Assembly (NCBI GenBank): GCA_050298595.1
Contig: JBNKUM010000084.1
Span: 1 to 51,872, forward strand
DNA: 51,872 bases
Direction: 5' to 3'
Source: Gammaproteobacteria bacterium
Lineage (GTDB): Bacteria; Pseudomonadota; Gammaproteobacteria; GCA-001735895
Part shown: piece after piece, positions 19,245 through 28,901 of the stretch
Position numbering within the stretch: the stretch's first letter is position 1
How the letters are laid out: the number at the start of each line of letters is the position of its first letter
Notes under the pieces: generated by a model
The model's database searches: none
What the model was told of the DNA's origin: nothing
What the model saw: the letters and a program-made list of their open reading frames with translations, nothing else
Made by a program: the position numbers and the translations under genes

Positions 19245-19982
19245 ATGACGATGCAGACCAGTTGTGAAACTATCGGCTCAAAGTACACTGGATCCTGGCC
19301 AGAACGCTACGATGATCTTAAGCTCAAATCTCGTGACCCGCGGTTACAGCAATTCTATGCCGGTGGCACGGTCACCCCGGAAACACCGATCGTCAACACA
19401 CCACTAATTGCAATGGATTTCGAAACAACGGGGCTTGACGCAGATGCCAATGAAATCGTCAGTGTTGGCATTGTCCCGTTTTCCATGCACAGAATTTACT
19501 GTCGAGAGTCGGCACACTGGCTGGTCAAGCCAAAACAGGCCCAGGCCCTGACTGAAGGATCCGTAGTAATCCATAACATTACTCACTCCGATATTAACGA
19601 AGCCCCCGACCTTGAGGCGATCCTTGAGGAGATGCTTTCCGCTATCACCGGACGAATAGTGGTTGTCCACTACAGACATATCGAACGAGAGTTCCTGGCC
19701 CGCGCACTGTTAGATCGGCTGGGGGAGATGATCGAGTTCCCGGTCATCGATACCATGGAGCTGGAAAGACGGGTGCTTTGTAAAAGAAGAAAGTTTATCG
19801 ACCGTCTGCTGAAACGACCACTTGAGTCTCTACGTTTAGGTGATTGTCGTAAACGTTACAGATTACCGCATTATCAGGCGCATCATGCACTAACGGATGC
19901 ATTGGCAACGGCTGAGCTGCTTCAGGCTCAACTCAATTATCACTATTCAGCTGAAACACCTATTAGTGATTTATGGTGTTAG
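19245..19982 (+). CDS. DEDDh 3'-5' exonuclease (DNA Pol III epsilon / RNase T-like)
   Basis: AMDFETTG, VIDTM, HHALTDALATAEL. Start moved to ATG at 19245, after the upstream stop. Confidence 0.9.
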   Translation: MTMQTSCETIGSKYTGSWPERYDDLKLKSRDPRLQQFYAGGTVTPETPIVNTPLIAMDFETTGLDADANEIVSVGIVPFSMHRIYCRESAHWLVKPKQAQALTEGSVVIHNITHSDINEAPDLEAILEEMLSAITGRIVVVHYRHIEREFLARALLDRLGEMIEFPVIDTMELERRVLCKRRKFIDRLLKRPLESLRLGDCRKRYRLPHYQAHHALTDALATAELLQAQLNYHYSAETPISDLWC

Positions 19983-19995
19983 GTTCTGCCCAAAA

Positions 19996-20022
19996 AAAAT
20001 CCGGCCATCATGGCCGGATTTT
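19996..20022. terminator. Bidirectional Rho-independent terminator
   Basis: aaaatccggcca-tca-tggccggatttt perfect stem between convergent genes, with A and T tracts on both sides. Confidence 0.9.
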
Positions 20023-20045
20023 AATCCTGTCGAATTGACTGCTTG

Positions 20046-21641
20046 TTAGGCGTTTTGCGGCAACGGCGCCTCGCGCGGTTCGGTACTAAACCCCATCAAC
20101 AGACTAACACACATCACCAGCAATACTAAGGTGAATGGTAGCCCCGTTGATATGGCTCCGGCCTGCAGCGCCTGTATCGCTTCGGTTCCACCAATCCACA
20201 GTAATGCTGCCGCGATAGCACCCTCAACAGATGCCCAGAATATACGCTGGGGTACCGGAGCATCGATCTTGCCACCTGCAGTAATACTATCGATAACAAG
20301 CGAACCGGAGTCTGAAGATGTGATAAAGAAAACCAGCACCAGTACAACAGCGATTATGGAAAGCACAGAACTCATTGGCAATTGATCGAGCATCTCGAAC
20401 ATAGCCATCGGTACATCGGTGAGGCCTTTTTCACCCAGCACACCAATTTTGTTCACCACCTGATCAATAGCAATGCCACCATAGATTGACATCCAAAGTA
20501 CGGTTACAGTGGTAGGAATCAGCAATACCGCGATAATGAATTCACGTACTGTTCTGCCGGAAGAAACGCGCGCGATGAACATACCGACGAAAGGTGACCA
20601 GGAAATCCACCATGCCCAGTAGAATACAGTCCAGCCCTGGAACCAGGCTTCATCTGGACGACCGTGTGGGTTACTCAATGGAATGATGTTTTCCAGATAG
20701 GACATGATAGTGGTAGGCACATTGCCCATCGCTACACTGAAGCCGATTAGAGCAATTGCAATTAATAATCCAAAGGCAATGATCATATTAACATTACTGA
20801 GCAATTTGACGCCGCCTTCCAGACCACGCACCACCGAGGTAATCGCCAGGCCGGTAACCACGACAATGATTATCAGCTGCAACCCAATGCTGTTTTCGAG
20901 ACCGAACACATGGTGCATCCCGGCAGCAGCCTGCTGGGCACCGAGCCCAAGAGACGTTGCCAGACCGAATAACGTGGCCAGTACAGCCAGAACATCGATG
21001 ATATGGCCTGCCCATCCCCAGGTACGGTCCCCTAGAATAGGGTAGAAGACGGAACGAATGGAAAGTGGCATCCCCTTGTTGTAAGTAAAGAATGCGAGCG
21101 ATAACGCTACGACTGCATATATGGCCCAGGGATGTAGGCCCCAGTGATACATGGTCGCGCCCATGGCCATTCTGGCAGCCTCGGGTGTATTAGCCGCAAC
21201 ATCAAGTGGTGTTTTGTACCATCCGGTCAAATAGGCGACTGGTTCGGCAACCCCCCAGAACATCAGGCCGATACCCATACCGGCTGCGAATAACATGGAG
21301 AGCCACGAAATCGTCGAGTGTTCCGGCTTTGCATTAACACCGCCAAGACGGATTTTCCCGTATGGAGAGAAAACTAATGCTAAGCAAAATATGACGAAAA
21401 TATTCGCCGACCACATGAACAATGCATCAAAGGTGCCGATAATGTCCCACTTTAAGCCATCTAGTAGATCCTTGGCTTTTGTGGGATCGCTCACCAGTGT
21501 CGCGACCAGAAAAATCACTACCAGTCCCGCACTCACAGCAAATACAGGATTGTGGATATCAAATCCCCATTTCTGTACATTATCCTGCCCTACCGAATAA
21601 TCCGTATTCTCTATATTGTATTTATCATTCTTCGAACTCAT
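20046..21641 (-). CDS. BCCT-family (betaine/choline/carnitine) transporter
   Basis: GMGIGLMFWGVAEP, HWGLHPWAIY, WTVFYWAWWISWSPFVGMFIAR (aromatic cage), FFITSSDSG. Confidence 0.96.
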   Translation of the reverse strand: MSSKNDKYNIENTDYSVGQDNVQKWGFDIHNPVFAVSAGLVVIFLVATLVSDPTKAKDLLDGLKWDIIGTFDALFMWSANIFVIFCLALVFSPYGKIRLGGVNAKPEHSTISWLSMLFAAGMGIGLMFWGVAEPVAYLTGWYKTPLDVAANTPEAARMAMGATMYHWGLHPWAIYAVVALSLAFFTYNKGMPLSIRSVFYPILGDRTWGWAGHIIDVLAVLATLFGLATSLGLGAQQAAAGMHHVFGLENSIGLQLIIIVVVTGLAITSVVRGLEGGVKLLSNVNMIIAFGLLIAIALIGFSVAMGNVPTTIMSYLENIIPLSNPHGRPDEAWFQGWTVFYWAWWISWSPFVGMFIARVSSGRTVREFIIAVLLIPTTVTVLWMSIYGGIAIDQVVNKIGVLGEKGLTDVPMAMFEMLDQLPMSSVLSIIAVVLVLVFFITSSDSGSLVIDSITAGGKIDAPVPQRIFWASVEGAIAAALLWIGGTEAIQALQAGAISTGLPFTLVLLVMCVSLLMGFSTEPREAPLPQNA

Positions 21642-22039
21642 ATACCACCCTATAGATTGATTATAACTTGAGGTTAGAAGTAGCTACTTTAGTCATCACA
21701 TTCTACTATCTACTTTTCCTACCTACCAAAATAAAGATATTATTTAATAAAAGTGCCTAAGTCACTGAAGCTCATCACTCAGAACAAAGGCCATATATTG
21801 TGAACACAAATCAATGTGTTGACGTTATGTATGCTATCCCTAGCCGACCCAATGATCAACTTTTCTATGAAATCAAAATTCTTTCGCTTAAATAAATATC
21901 TACCAGGAAAATATAAAAACAGGATAGATTATTATCGGATAGAGAGTTAATACGAAACGCGTCGATAGAAAAAGTCTCACCCAGAGCGCTTGAAGTCGCA
22001 ATAGGGCAAGCTAGAAAATTCGAAAAAGACACTTAGAGC

Positions 22040-22067
22040 ACAGAAATATTTTCCAAAATATTTCTGT
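22040..22067. repeat. Perfect 13-bp inverted repeat, possible operator
   Basis: acagaaatatttt-cc-aaaatatttctgt. Confidence 0.6.
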
Positions 22068-22101
22068 TTTGCAAATAATACATGGATTATCGAATAGGAT
22101 A

Positions 22102-22161
22102 ATCCAACAATTCTGCCCATGTTTACCGCTTAAGGCAGTAGCCGAAGCTGATTCGTTATAT
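22102..22161 (+). other. Degenerate integron attC-like site (60 bp)
   Basis: ATCCAAC (RYYYAAC) + AATTC ... central accgc/gcagt hairpin ... GATTC + GTTATAT; 60 bp, like the classical 59-base elements. Confidence 0.45.
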
Positions 22162-22229
22162 GTAAGATGGAAGAATCGATATCTTCAACTACCGGGCGGA
22201 ATGGGCGATAAAATCCTTCGTGCTAAAGG

Positions 22230-22585
22230 TGACTTGGTCAAGCATTCTTGCACACCCAGTTAAGCTGCTTTTTTATTTCATTAAATTGTCTTTCATATTC
22301 ATTCAAGCTGACATAATTCAGTGTCGAATATAATCGGTAGCCATTATAAAAAATGGCAAAGTATTCCAATATATCCTGATGAGCTTCGAGACGGGTTTGA
22401 TAGTTCCTCCAGTGCACCCGCTCCTGCTTTTTTAGGTGCCAGAGTAATTTTCAACTACAGCATTATCCCAGCAATCTCCTTTTCGACTCATGCTACCTCG
22501 TATCCCATGCATATGGAGCAGTGTTCTAAATTCCTGGCAAACATACTGACTGTCTCGATCAGAATGGTGAATCAGTCCAGAGGAT
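22230..22585 (-). pseudogene. IS3-family transposase 3' fragment with terminal inverted repeat
   Basis: Minus strand [12 protein letters not shown]...[19 protein letters not shown], frameshift, KQERVHWRNYQTRLEAHQDILEY..FYN..RLYSTLNY..KKAA*. End TGACTTGGTCAAGCATTCTTGCACAC at 22230 fits IS3 IR style. Confidence 0.9.
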
Positions 22586-22847
22586 TTTAGGGTCAGGCCT
22601 TCAATTTATGATCAAGTATTTTTCGAGTATTACAGCTCACATTCACACTTCCTAAATGGCATCTTTGGGTCGACAGCACTAGTTAATCAAGTGAATTTGA
22701 ATGACTGGTCCTGGAGCTGTCGTTTAATTTATATAGCTCAGTTTGCCAGGAGCGGACATTCAACAGACTGGTGGGTAGGCGACTAGCCATGATAAGCTCA
22801 TACTGTCGCACAGATTATCCGAAGATTCCCTATAGCGATAGCCCAAT

Positions 22848-23531
22848 TTATCCTGCGATTAGATAACGATTAATCCTTTTTTCTATCAACCTGAAGACAC
22901 GGGTCAGCACAAAGGTCAGTACAAAATAGATGATGGCTGCGTAAACAAAAATCTCCAGCGCATAGGTGCGAGAAAATATAGATCTCGTTTCACCCATCAA
23001 ATCCCATACCGAGATCGTACTCACCAGCGCACTACCCTTGAGCAATAAAATCACTTCATTGCCATAGGCGGGCCAGGCGATGCGTATGGCTCGAGGCAGT
23101 ACAATACGTTTGTTCAATAACCAGCTGCTCATACCTAATGAGCGTGCGGCTTCTATCTCTCCTCTTGGCACTGCTCTTATACCCCCGCGTAGAATCTCTG
23201 CGGTATAGGCTGAGGTATTCAAACTCAATCCGATCAAGCCACACCATTCGGCATCGCCCAGTACCGGCCATAGGAAACTATCGCGTACCCATTCAAACTG
23301 GCCTAGCCCGTAATACAGTATGAACAACTGAATCAATAGCGGGGTGCCGCGAAAAAAGTAAATATAACTGTAAGCCGGAATCCAGTAGCGTCGCTGCTTT
23401 GAGGTACGCGCCATCGCTAGTGCAAAGGCTATGACCAGACCTATAAGCGAAGACAGGATCACCAGCTTTAACGAGATGAGTGTACCATCCAGGAAGCGAT
23501 CCCCATATTTACTGATCAGATCGAAATTCAT
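22848..23531 (-). CDS. Polar amino-acid ABC permease (HisM/AotM-like)
   Basis: FRGTPLLIQLF, SAYTAEILRGG, GEIEAARSLGM (EAA loop). Confidence 0.93.
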   Translation of the reverse strand: MNFDLISKYGDRFLDGTLISLKLVILSSLIGLVIAFALAMARTSKQRRYWIPAYSYIYFFRGTPLLIQLFILYYGLGQFEWVRDSFLWPVLGDAEWCGLIGLSLNTSAYTAEILRGGIRAVPRGEIEAARSLGMSSWLLNKRIVLPRAIRIAWPAYGNEVILLLKGSALVSTISVWDLMGETRSIFSRTYALEIFVYAAIIYFVLTFVLTRVFRLIEKRINRYLIAG

Positions 23532-24229
23532 TTCAGCACACCTCGATTGGCGCGCGTCTCAAAGCGGTGGCGTATAACATCCGAAACCATGGTGAACAAT
23601 AAATAGATCACCGCTGCTGTGATATAAAAGGTGAAAGGTTGTTTAGTAGTTTCTGCGGCCACCTTGGACCAGCGAAGTAGCTCATCCAGTGCAATAATCG
23701 AGATGAGAGAGGTATCTTTCAGTAGCACCATCCATAGATTACCCAGCCCCGGTAAGGCATAGCGCCACATCTGCGGCATACGTATGCGATGAAATACCTG
23801 CCAGGGCGACATACCACAGGCTATAGCAGCCTCAATCTGCCCTTTGGGAACTGCCAGAAAAGCCCCTCTAAAAACCTCACTGGAAAAGGCACCAAACACT
23901 ATACCTAAGGCAAACACGCCAGCCACAAAGGCATTTACCTCTATATATTCATCATAATTAAACCATGCGGCTATGGCTTGTATCAGGAAGGAAGCACCAA
24001 AAAAAACCACCAGTACCACCAGCATTTCTGGAATGCCACGAACGACTTCGGTATATAAATGAGCCAGAGTCCTTGCGGCTCGATATCTGGATAGCTTACC
24101 ACCGGCAACCAGCAAACCCAGCAGAATGCCAATGACCAATGAAACTAAAGCAAGTTGTAGTGTTAGCCAGGCACCAGCGAGAATTTCATCACCAAAACCG
24201 CTATCGCCAAAACTGAGATATTCAAACAT
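23528..24229 (-). CDS. Polar amino-acid ABC permease (HisQ/AotQ-like)
   Basis: VRGIPEML, GQIEAAIACGM, ALPGLGNLW..LKDTSL. Confidence 0.93.
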   Translation of the reverse strand: MFEYLSFGDSGFGDEILAGAWLTLQLALVSLVIGILLGLLVAGGKLSRYRAARTLAHLYTEVVRGIPEMLVVLVVFFGASFLIQAIAAWFNYDEYIEVNAFVAGVFALGIVFGAFSSEVFRGAFLAVPKGQIEAAIACGMSPWQVFHRIRMPQMWRYALPGLGNLWMVLLKDTSLISIIALDELLRWSKVAAETTKQPFTFYITAAVIYLLFTMVSDVIRHRFETRANRGVLK

Positions 24230-24236
24230 AAACTAC

Positions 24237-24265
24237 AAAGGCCGAGGCTTGTGACCCCGGCCTTT
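24237..24265. terminator. Intra-operon stem-loop after the binding-protein gene
   Basis: aaaggccgagg / ccccggccttt; typical mRNA-stabilising hairpin between binding protein and permease. Confidence 0.65.
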
Positions 24266-24270
24266 AATGT

Positions 24271-25020
24271 TTAATAAATACTAAAAGGAAAGTATTTGCT
24301 ATTGATCTTGCTGTACTTGCCATTTTTTAACAGCGCCTTTAAGGCTTTGTTAAATTTTCCGGCCAGCGCTTTGTCACCCTTACGAATCGCAATACCAATC
24401 TTGTCGTTGATATCGATACTGTCACCAAGGAAATCAAAGCCACTGTTTTCAGCCTTACTTAACCAGTCATACCCAGGGTAGGCATCAACCAGTACCGCAT
24501 CCAGACGACCCGATTTCAAATCAAGAAACGCCGCTTCCTGAGTATCATAAACCTTGATGTTAGAGGTTTTACGATAGTTATCTTCCAGGTTCTGACCACT
24601 GATAGTAGCACGCTGAGCTCCCAGAGTTTTACCCTTCAGTCCTGCTTTGCTGGCGGTCAGACCGCTGTTCTTTTTAGCAATAAAACGCAGGTAATTCGAG
24701 TAATAAGGGTCAGTGAAAGATACCTTTTGCTTACGCTCTGCTGTGATAGACATACTGGCGATGATCGCATCGTATTTTTTAGCCAGCAGGCCGGGGATAA
24801 TACCATCCCAATCCTGAGCTACGATTTCACAATCAGCCTTCATTTCAGCACATAAAGCTTTGGCAATATCCACATCAAAGCCCGTCAGCTGACCACTGGT
24901 ATCCTTCATATTAAATGGAGGATATGCTCCTTCAGTCGCAATACGGATTTTCTCCGCCTGTGCTGAACCAATTGTTAACAGACCCAATAGAAAGGCCGCC
25001 AGGGTAACTTTAAATTTCAT
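24271..25020 (-). CDS. Polar amino-acid ABC substrate-binding protein (HisJ/ArgT/AotJ-like)
   Basis: Signal peptide; ATEGAYPPF, GFDVDIA, WDGIIPGL, SMSITAER. Confidence 0.94.
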   Translation of the reverse strand: MKFKVTLAAFLLGLLTIGSAQAEKIRIATEGAYPPFNMKDTSGQLTGFDVDIAKALCAEMKADCEIVAQDWDGIIPGLLAKKYDAIIASMSITAERKQKVSFTDPYYSNYLRFIAKKNSGLTASKAGLKGKTLGAQRATISGQNLEDNYRKTSNIKVYDTQEAAFLDLKSGRLDAVLVDAYPGYDWLSKAENSGFDFLGDSIDINDKIGIAIRKGDKALAGKFNKALKALLKNGKYSKINSKYFPFSIY

Positions 25021-25053
25021 GGATATTCTCCTGTTGGTTGATTACTTAAACGA

Positions 25054-25821
25054 TCACAATCCACTGGATAGGAATTGCTTAAACCGTTCTGAAGTTGGAT
25101 GATTAAAAACCTGATCGGGAGCTCCCTGCTCTTCGATTTTCCCGTTATGCAGGAAAATCACATTATCGGATACCTCTCGCGCAAAACCCATTTCGTGAGT
25201 AACCACAATCATGGTTCGGCCTTCGTCAGCCAGTTGTCGCATAACGGTTAACACTTCACTGACCAGCTCAGGGTCAAGCGCAGATGTAGGTTCATCAAAC
25301 AGCATTGCCTGGGGCTCCATCGCCAGTGCTCGAGCTATCGCGACCCTTTGCTGTTGACCACCGGAAAGCTCGGCTGGATAGGCATCAGCCTTTTGAGAAA
25401 TACCGACCTTTTCGAGTAATATTCGAGCTTCATCAATGGCCTGTTTCTTATCTTTTTTCAAGACATGCACCGGAGCTTCGATGATGTTTTCAAGAATCGT
25501 CATATGAGCCCACAGGTTAAAGCTTTGGAAAACCATGGATAATCGCGCACGGATACGGGCTATCTGGCGCATATCAGCCGGCACAACCTCACCCCGTTTA
25601 TTGGTAATCAGATTGAGGGTTTCGCCATCGATAGAGATTTCGCCAGAAGTGGGGATTTCAAGCAGGTTGATACAACGTAGTAAGGTACTTTTACCGGAGC
25701 CACTACTACCCAGAATAGAGACCACGTCGCCATTATGGGCATTCAGGGACACCCCTTTGAGTACTTCAATCTTGCCAAATGATTTATGCAGATCGGTAAT
25801 TGAAATTGCAGCTGGATTCAA
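25054..25821 (-). CDS. Polar amino-acid ABC ATP-binding protein (HisP/AotP-like)
   Basis: [36 protein letters not shown]. Confidence 0.95.
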   Translation of the reverse strand: MNPAAISITDLHKSFGKIEVLKGVSLNAHNGDVVSILGSSGSGKSTLLRCINLLEIPTSGEISIDGETLNLITNKRGEVVPADMRQIARIRARLSMVFQSFNLWAHMTILENIIEAPVHVLKKDKKQAIDEARILLEKVGISQKADAYPAELSGGQQQRVAIARALAMEPQAMLFDEPTSALDPELVSEVLTVMRQLADEGRTMIVVTHEMGFAREVSDNVIFLHNGKIEEQGAPDQVFNHPTSERFKQFLSSGL

Positions 25822-26011
25822 TGGATCAGGTTAGTTCACGATTTTTCGGTAGTTTGGACGTAGCAGTTGATCAGTGCAACTTTTTTAATCATATTGTCAC
25901 ATAAATGACCCAAAATAATGCATTCTGGCTATAATTTAGCATCACAGTAATCACCACGCTAAGTTCAATCTTAATAATACAAACCAACCAAACTCAAGCG
26001 GTAATTTACCT

Positions 26012-26572
26012 ATGTCTCACTCAGCAAGACTATTTTTTCTGGTCGGCCCTTCCGGCGTCGGCAAAGATACACTGCTCAACCATCTGAAACAACATCAATA
26101 TTCTGATCATCAACCTCTGGTTGCTCATCGCTATATCACTCGACCTGTACGTGAAGGTGATGAAAACCATGTTTCACTCAGTGAGTTTGACTTCTATCAG
26201 CGCAAGGAAGCAGGATTATTTCTGTTTGACTGGGAATCGCATGGCTTCCAGTATGCGATTGGTAAAGAAGCCCGAAAATGGGTCAAACAGGAGCAGAATG
26301 TCATTGTAAATGGATCACGCCAATATCTTTCTAAGGCGCTGCATATCTATGCCAGAACCACCCCGATATGGATAACAGTATCCGAGGATATTCTGCGCGA
26401 AAGGCTGGTCCAGCGTGGTCGCGAAACAGCAGAAGAAATCGAACTACGCATTCAGCACAACCGCGAACTGGAATCGATGAAGATGGATAATTGTGTCTAC
26501 ATCAATAATGATCAATCGATAGAAGATACCGTCGGGCAGATAATTGCCCTGATTGAAATGAGTCATATTTAA
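26012..26572 (+). CDS. phnN: Ribose 1,5-bisphosphokinase
   Basis: VGPSGVGKD, VAHRYITR, WESHGFQY, VNGSR, RLVQRGRE. Confidence 0.88.
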   Translation: MSHSARLFFLVGPSGVGKDTLLNHLKQHQYSDHQPLVAHRYITRPVREGDENHVSLSEFDFYQRKEAGLFLFDWESHGFQYAIGKEARKWVKQEQNVIVNGSRQYLSKALHIYARTTPIWITVSEDILRERLVQRGRETAEEIELRIQHNRELESMKMDNCVYINNDQSIEDTVGQIIALIEMSHI

Positions 26573-26909
26573 AAATTATTTGTAATCCATTCTATTACGT
26601 CATGAAGGTTACTACAAACATATATGGTGATTTTAAATCTTTTTCGTATTTTATCTGAGGGTAACGCCAACACATTTTATATTTGCAGACGTGGCTGCTA
26701 AAACACCGTTAATAGTACCTTCAACGGCTAAACACTCTGAAGGATGGATACCTGTTTTTTTTCTGTATGGGTTTAGTAGTCAGGCGCAGGTTTACTTTTA
26801 GTTATATCATCACCTGATACTGCTGTTGACAAGTATTTTTCAAAATTATGTTTCCTTATTATAGTTTTTAATCTTTCTTTCACCGCACCTGTCACTATTC
26901 CAATTTAAT

Positions 26910-26994
26910 GCCTAACAAAGCTGAAGAAAAAAGCCTTTTAAAGAAGTGATTCCATTCAGCTTATTTTTTCATTCCACTCACTTTGCCGTTATTT
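26910..26994 (+). other. Highly eroded attC-like site
   Basis: GCCTAAC-AAAGCTGA ... TCACTTT-GCC-GTTATTT; only partial pairing. Confidence 0.3.
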
Positions 26995-27507
26995 CAGGCC
27001 GAATTCAACTGTTTCAACATTTGAAGTTTTTTCCTTGCCGATACTTTCCTTATGCCGTTATCTGAGCACAATTCTTCAACTTTTCGATGTTACGGATAAA
27101 ATATGGGGGGCAACCTGAACCCAGAGTTTCACCTACTAAACGAAGACACCTGCTTAAAAGGTAAGCGAGTGAATAACACAGGGCAATACTTAACTATTTT
27201 CCTCTTTCAGAATTTTCAGGTTAACAGATTCCGATACACATATGATAAGCCAACAAATATCACATGCGATGACCTGAGTGAATTCTTGCTGATTTAAGAC
27301 TTTTAGGCGATCAGGGCGTTTTAAAAGTCGAATAGCTCGAAATAATAGAATAATAAGATGGAAATAAAATGTTTGTTTTGTGTTGTGGAGATTTATACTG
27401 TGAGTATGTAATGGAGACATTTGTACAAATGGTGTGGTAGTTGGCAAATGGCAAAAGCTGTCCTTTTTGCCTTTCTGAAAACATGAATGCCTACGCTATT
27501 TTACGTA

Positions 27508-27536
27508 TTGACAGAATAAAGCCTCGAATATATAAA
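27508..27536 (+). promoter_or_regulatory. Near-consensus sigma70 promoter for the 27582-29996 pair
   Basis: TTGACA-N17-TATAAA ending 45 nt before the ATG. Confidence 0.65.
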
Positions 27537-27581
27537 TATAAATAAAACTAATAAATAGCAACCGAGGTATGGTTAGTAGTC

Positions 27582-28790
27582 ATGAGGAAAGGTAAGGCGG
27601 GCAGGGTCGTATTAAATGCTGCCGCCCTGATTTTGATTGTAGGTTCAGTGGCATATGTTTTTGATTTTTATGCTGACATGACTGAGCCACAAGTAGTTGC
27701 CTCTGAACGCATGCGTGCTCCCCAGCAACCATCACCGCAATCTGCTGTTGTTCAGCAGAAAGTTTCAATACCGGCATCAAACAAAGAAGAGCTGGTTGAC
27801 ACCCAATCCCAGCAGGAAAACCCTCTCCCCACCTCCAATGAGGAAGAATTAAATTCAGGTTCCGGGCTGGAAAACCCCTATCTCAATCACGAGGTTAAGG
27901 CTCGTCTGGAGCAGGTGGCGGAGGCCTATGCCAAACAGATCCAGTTCCCCAGCTACTCTATGCCGATACCGGATGAGGAGTCTCTACAGAAATACCTTCC
28001 AAATCGCAGCATTGAGGCTGAACGGGCATTAGATATCAAAGACGAGAACAGCCCCCGTATCCGCCTATCAACCGATAAGCAACAATATTTCATTGGCGAC
28101 AGCATTGATGTGACAGTAGGTTTGAGTGGTATAGACGGCGAGCACTTGATAGAAGTAAAGGCCATGCTGCTAACCGATGTGCAGACACTGGCCAGTGTAG
28201 ATGGCAGGGCTATCAGTCAACAGGAGATGACCTATCGGATGAGCTTCAATGAGCTTGAAGCATTACCCCATTCTGGGACGGATGACTTTCGGGTTGTCGC
28301 CAGGATCAGTATTGATGGTGAGGTGTATGAAATCGGTACTCCTGTTTCCTATGTATCCAGCATAGCTGAGGTGACTCATGTGGGTGCGGCCCAGGTCAGT
28401 GGCGAGATTCTTAATATCCCTGTTCACGTTACCACTACCAGGCTCGGCTATCACGAATTAGCCGCCAATCTTTACAGTGCGCAAAGTGACAGGCCTCTGA
28501 TGCACCTGACCGCTAAAGAGGAGTTACAGGCTAACGATTGGTTGATGCAATTGCAGGCGCATATCGTATCGCTCAAGGACAGAGGTGACCCTGGCCCCTA
28601 TATACTGAAAGACATCATCTTCACTCGCATGCCATCAGCTCCGGATTTTGCTACTGCATATGGTAAGACCTCCCAAAATTCGTATGAGATTACCGGTCAC
28701 CCCTTAGCTGAATATGATGATGCAGTCTATATCGATGAAGATGGTCTTATACGACTGGAGACTCTGCAGAAGATTGGTAGCGTAAACTGA
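27582..28790 (+). CDS. Membrane-anchored periplasmic protein of unknown function
   Basis: N-terminal TM (VVLNAAALILIVGSVAYVF); Q/E/P/S-rich linker; beta-strand-rich C-terminal region; GAGG RBS. Confidence 0.85.
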   Translation: MRKGKAGRVVLNAAALILIVGSVAYVFDFYADMTEPQVVASERMRAPQQPSPQSAVVQQKVSIPASNKEELVDTQSQQENPLPTSNEEELNSGSGLENPYLNHEVKARLEQVAEAYAKQIQFPSYSMPIPDEESLQKYLPNRSIEAERALDIKDENSPRIRLSTDKQQYFIGDSIDVTVGLSGIDGEHLIEVKAMLLTDVQTLASVDGRAISQQEMTYRMSFNELEALPHSGTDDFRVVARISIDGEVYEIGTPVSYVSSIAEVTHVGAAQVSGEILNIPVHVTTTRLGYHELAANLYSAQSDRPLMHLTAKEELQANDWLMQLQAHIVSLKDRGDPGPYILKDIIFTRMPSAPDFATAYGKTSQNSYEITGHPLAEYDDAVYIDEDGLIRLETLQKIGSVN

Positions 28791-28901
28791 AAACTTACAT
28801 TAGGAGGGTATTGTTCTGCTCATGCAGGTTGGCAGATTGAAAACTAATTCTTACCAAAAGGTATGGATATCACAAAAATAAAAAACAACTGAGGAAATAA
28901 A

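Noticed and set aside
22069-22590. Plus-strand ORFs 22069-22263 and 22321-22590
   Set aside because: They are shadows of the attC-like site and the minus-strand IS3 fragment.
27103-27447. Short ORFs in the AT-rich spacer before 27582
   Set aside because: They overlap on opposite strands and show no RBS or motifs.
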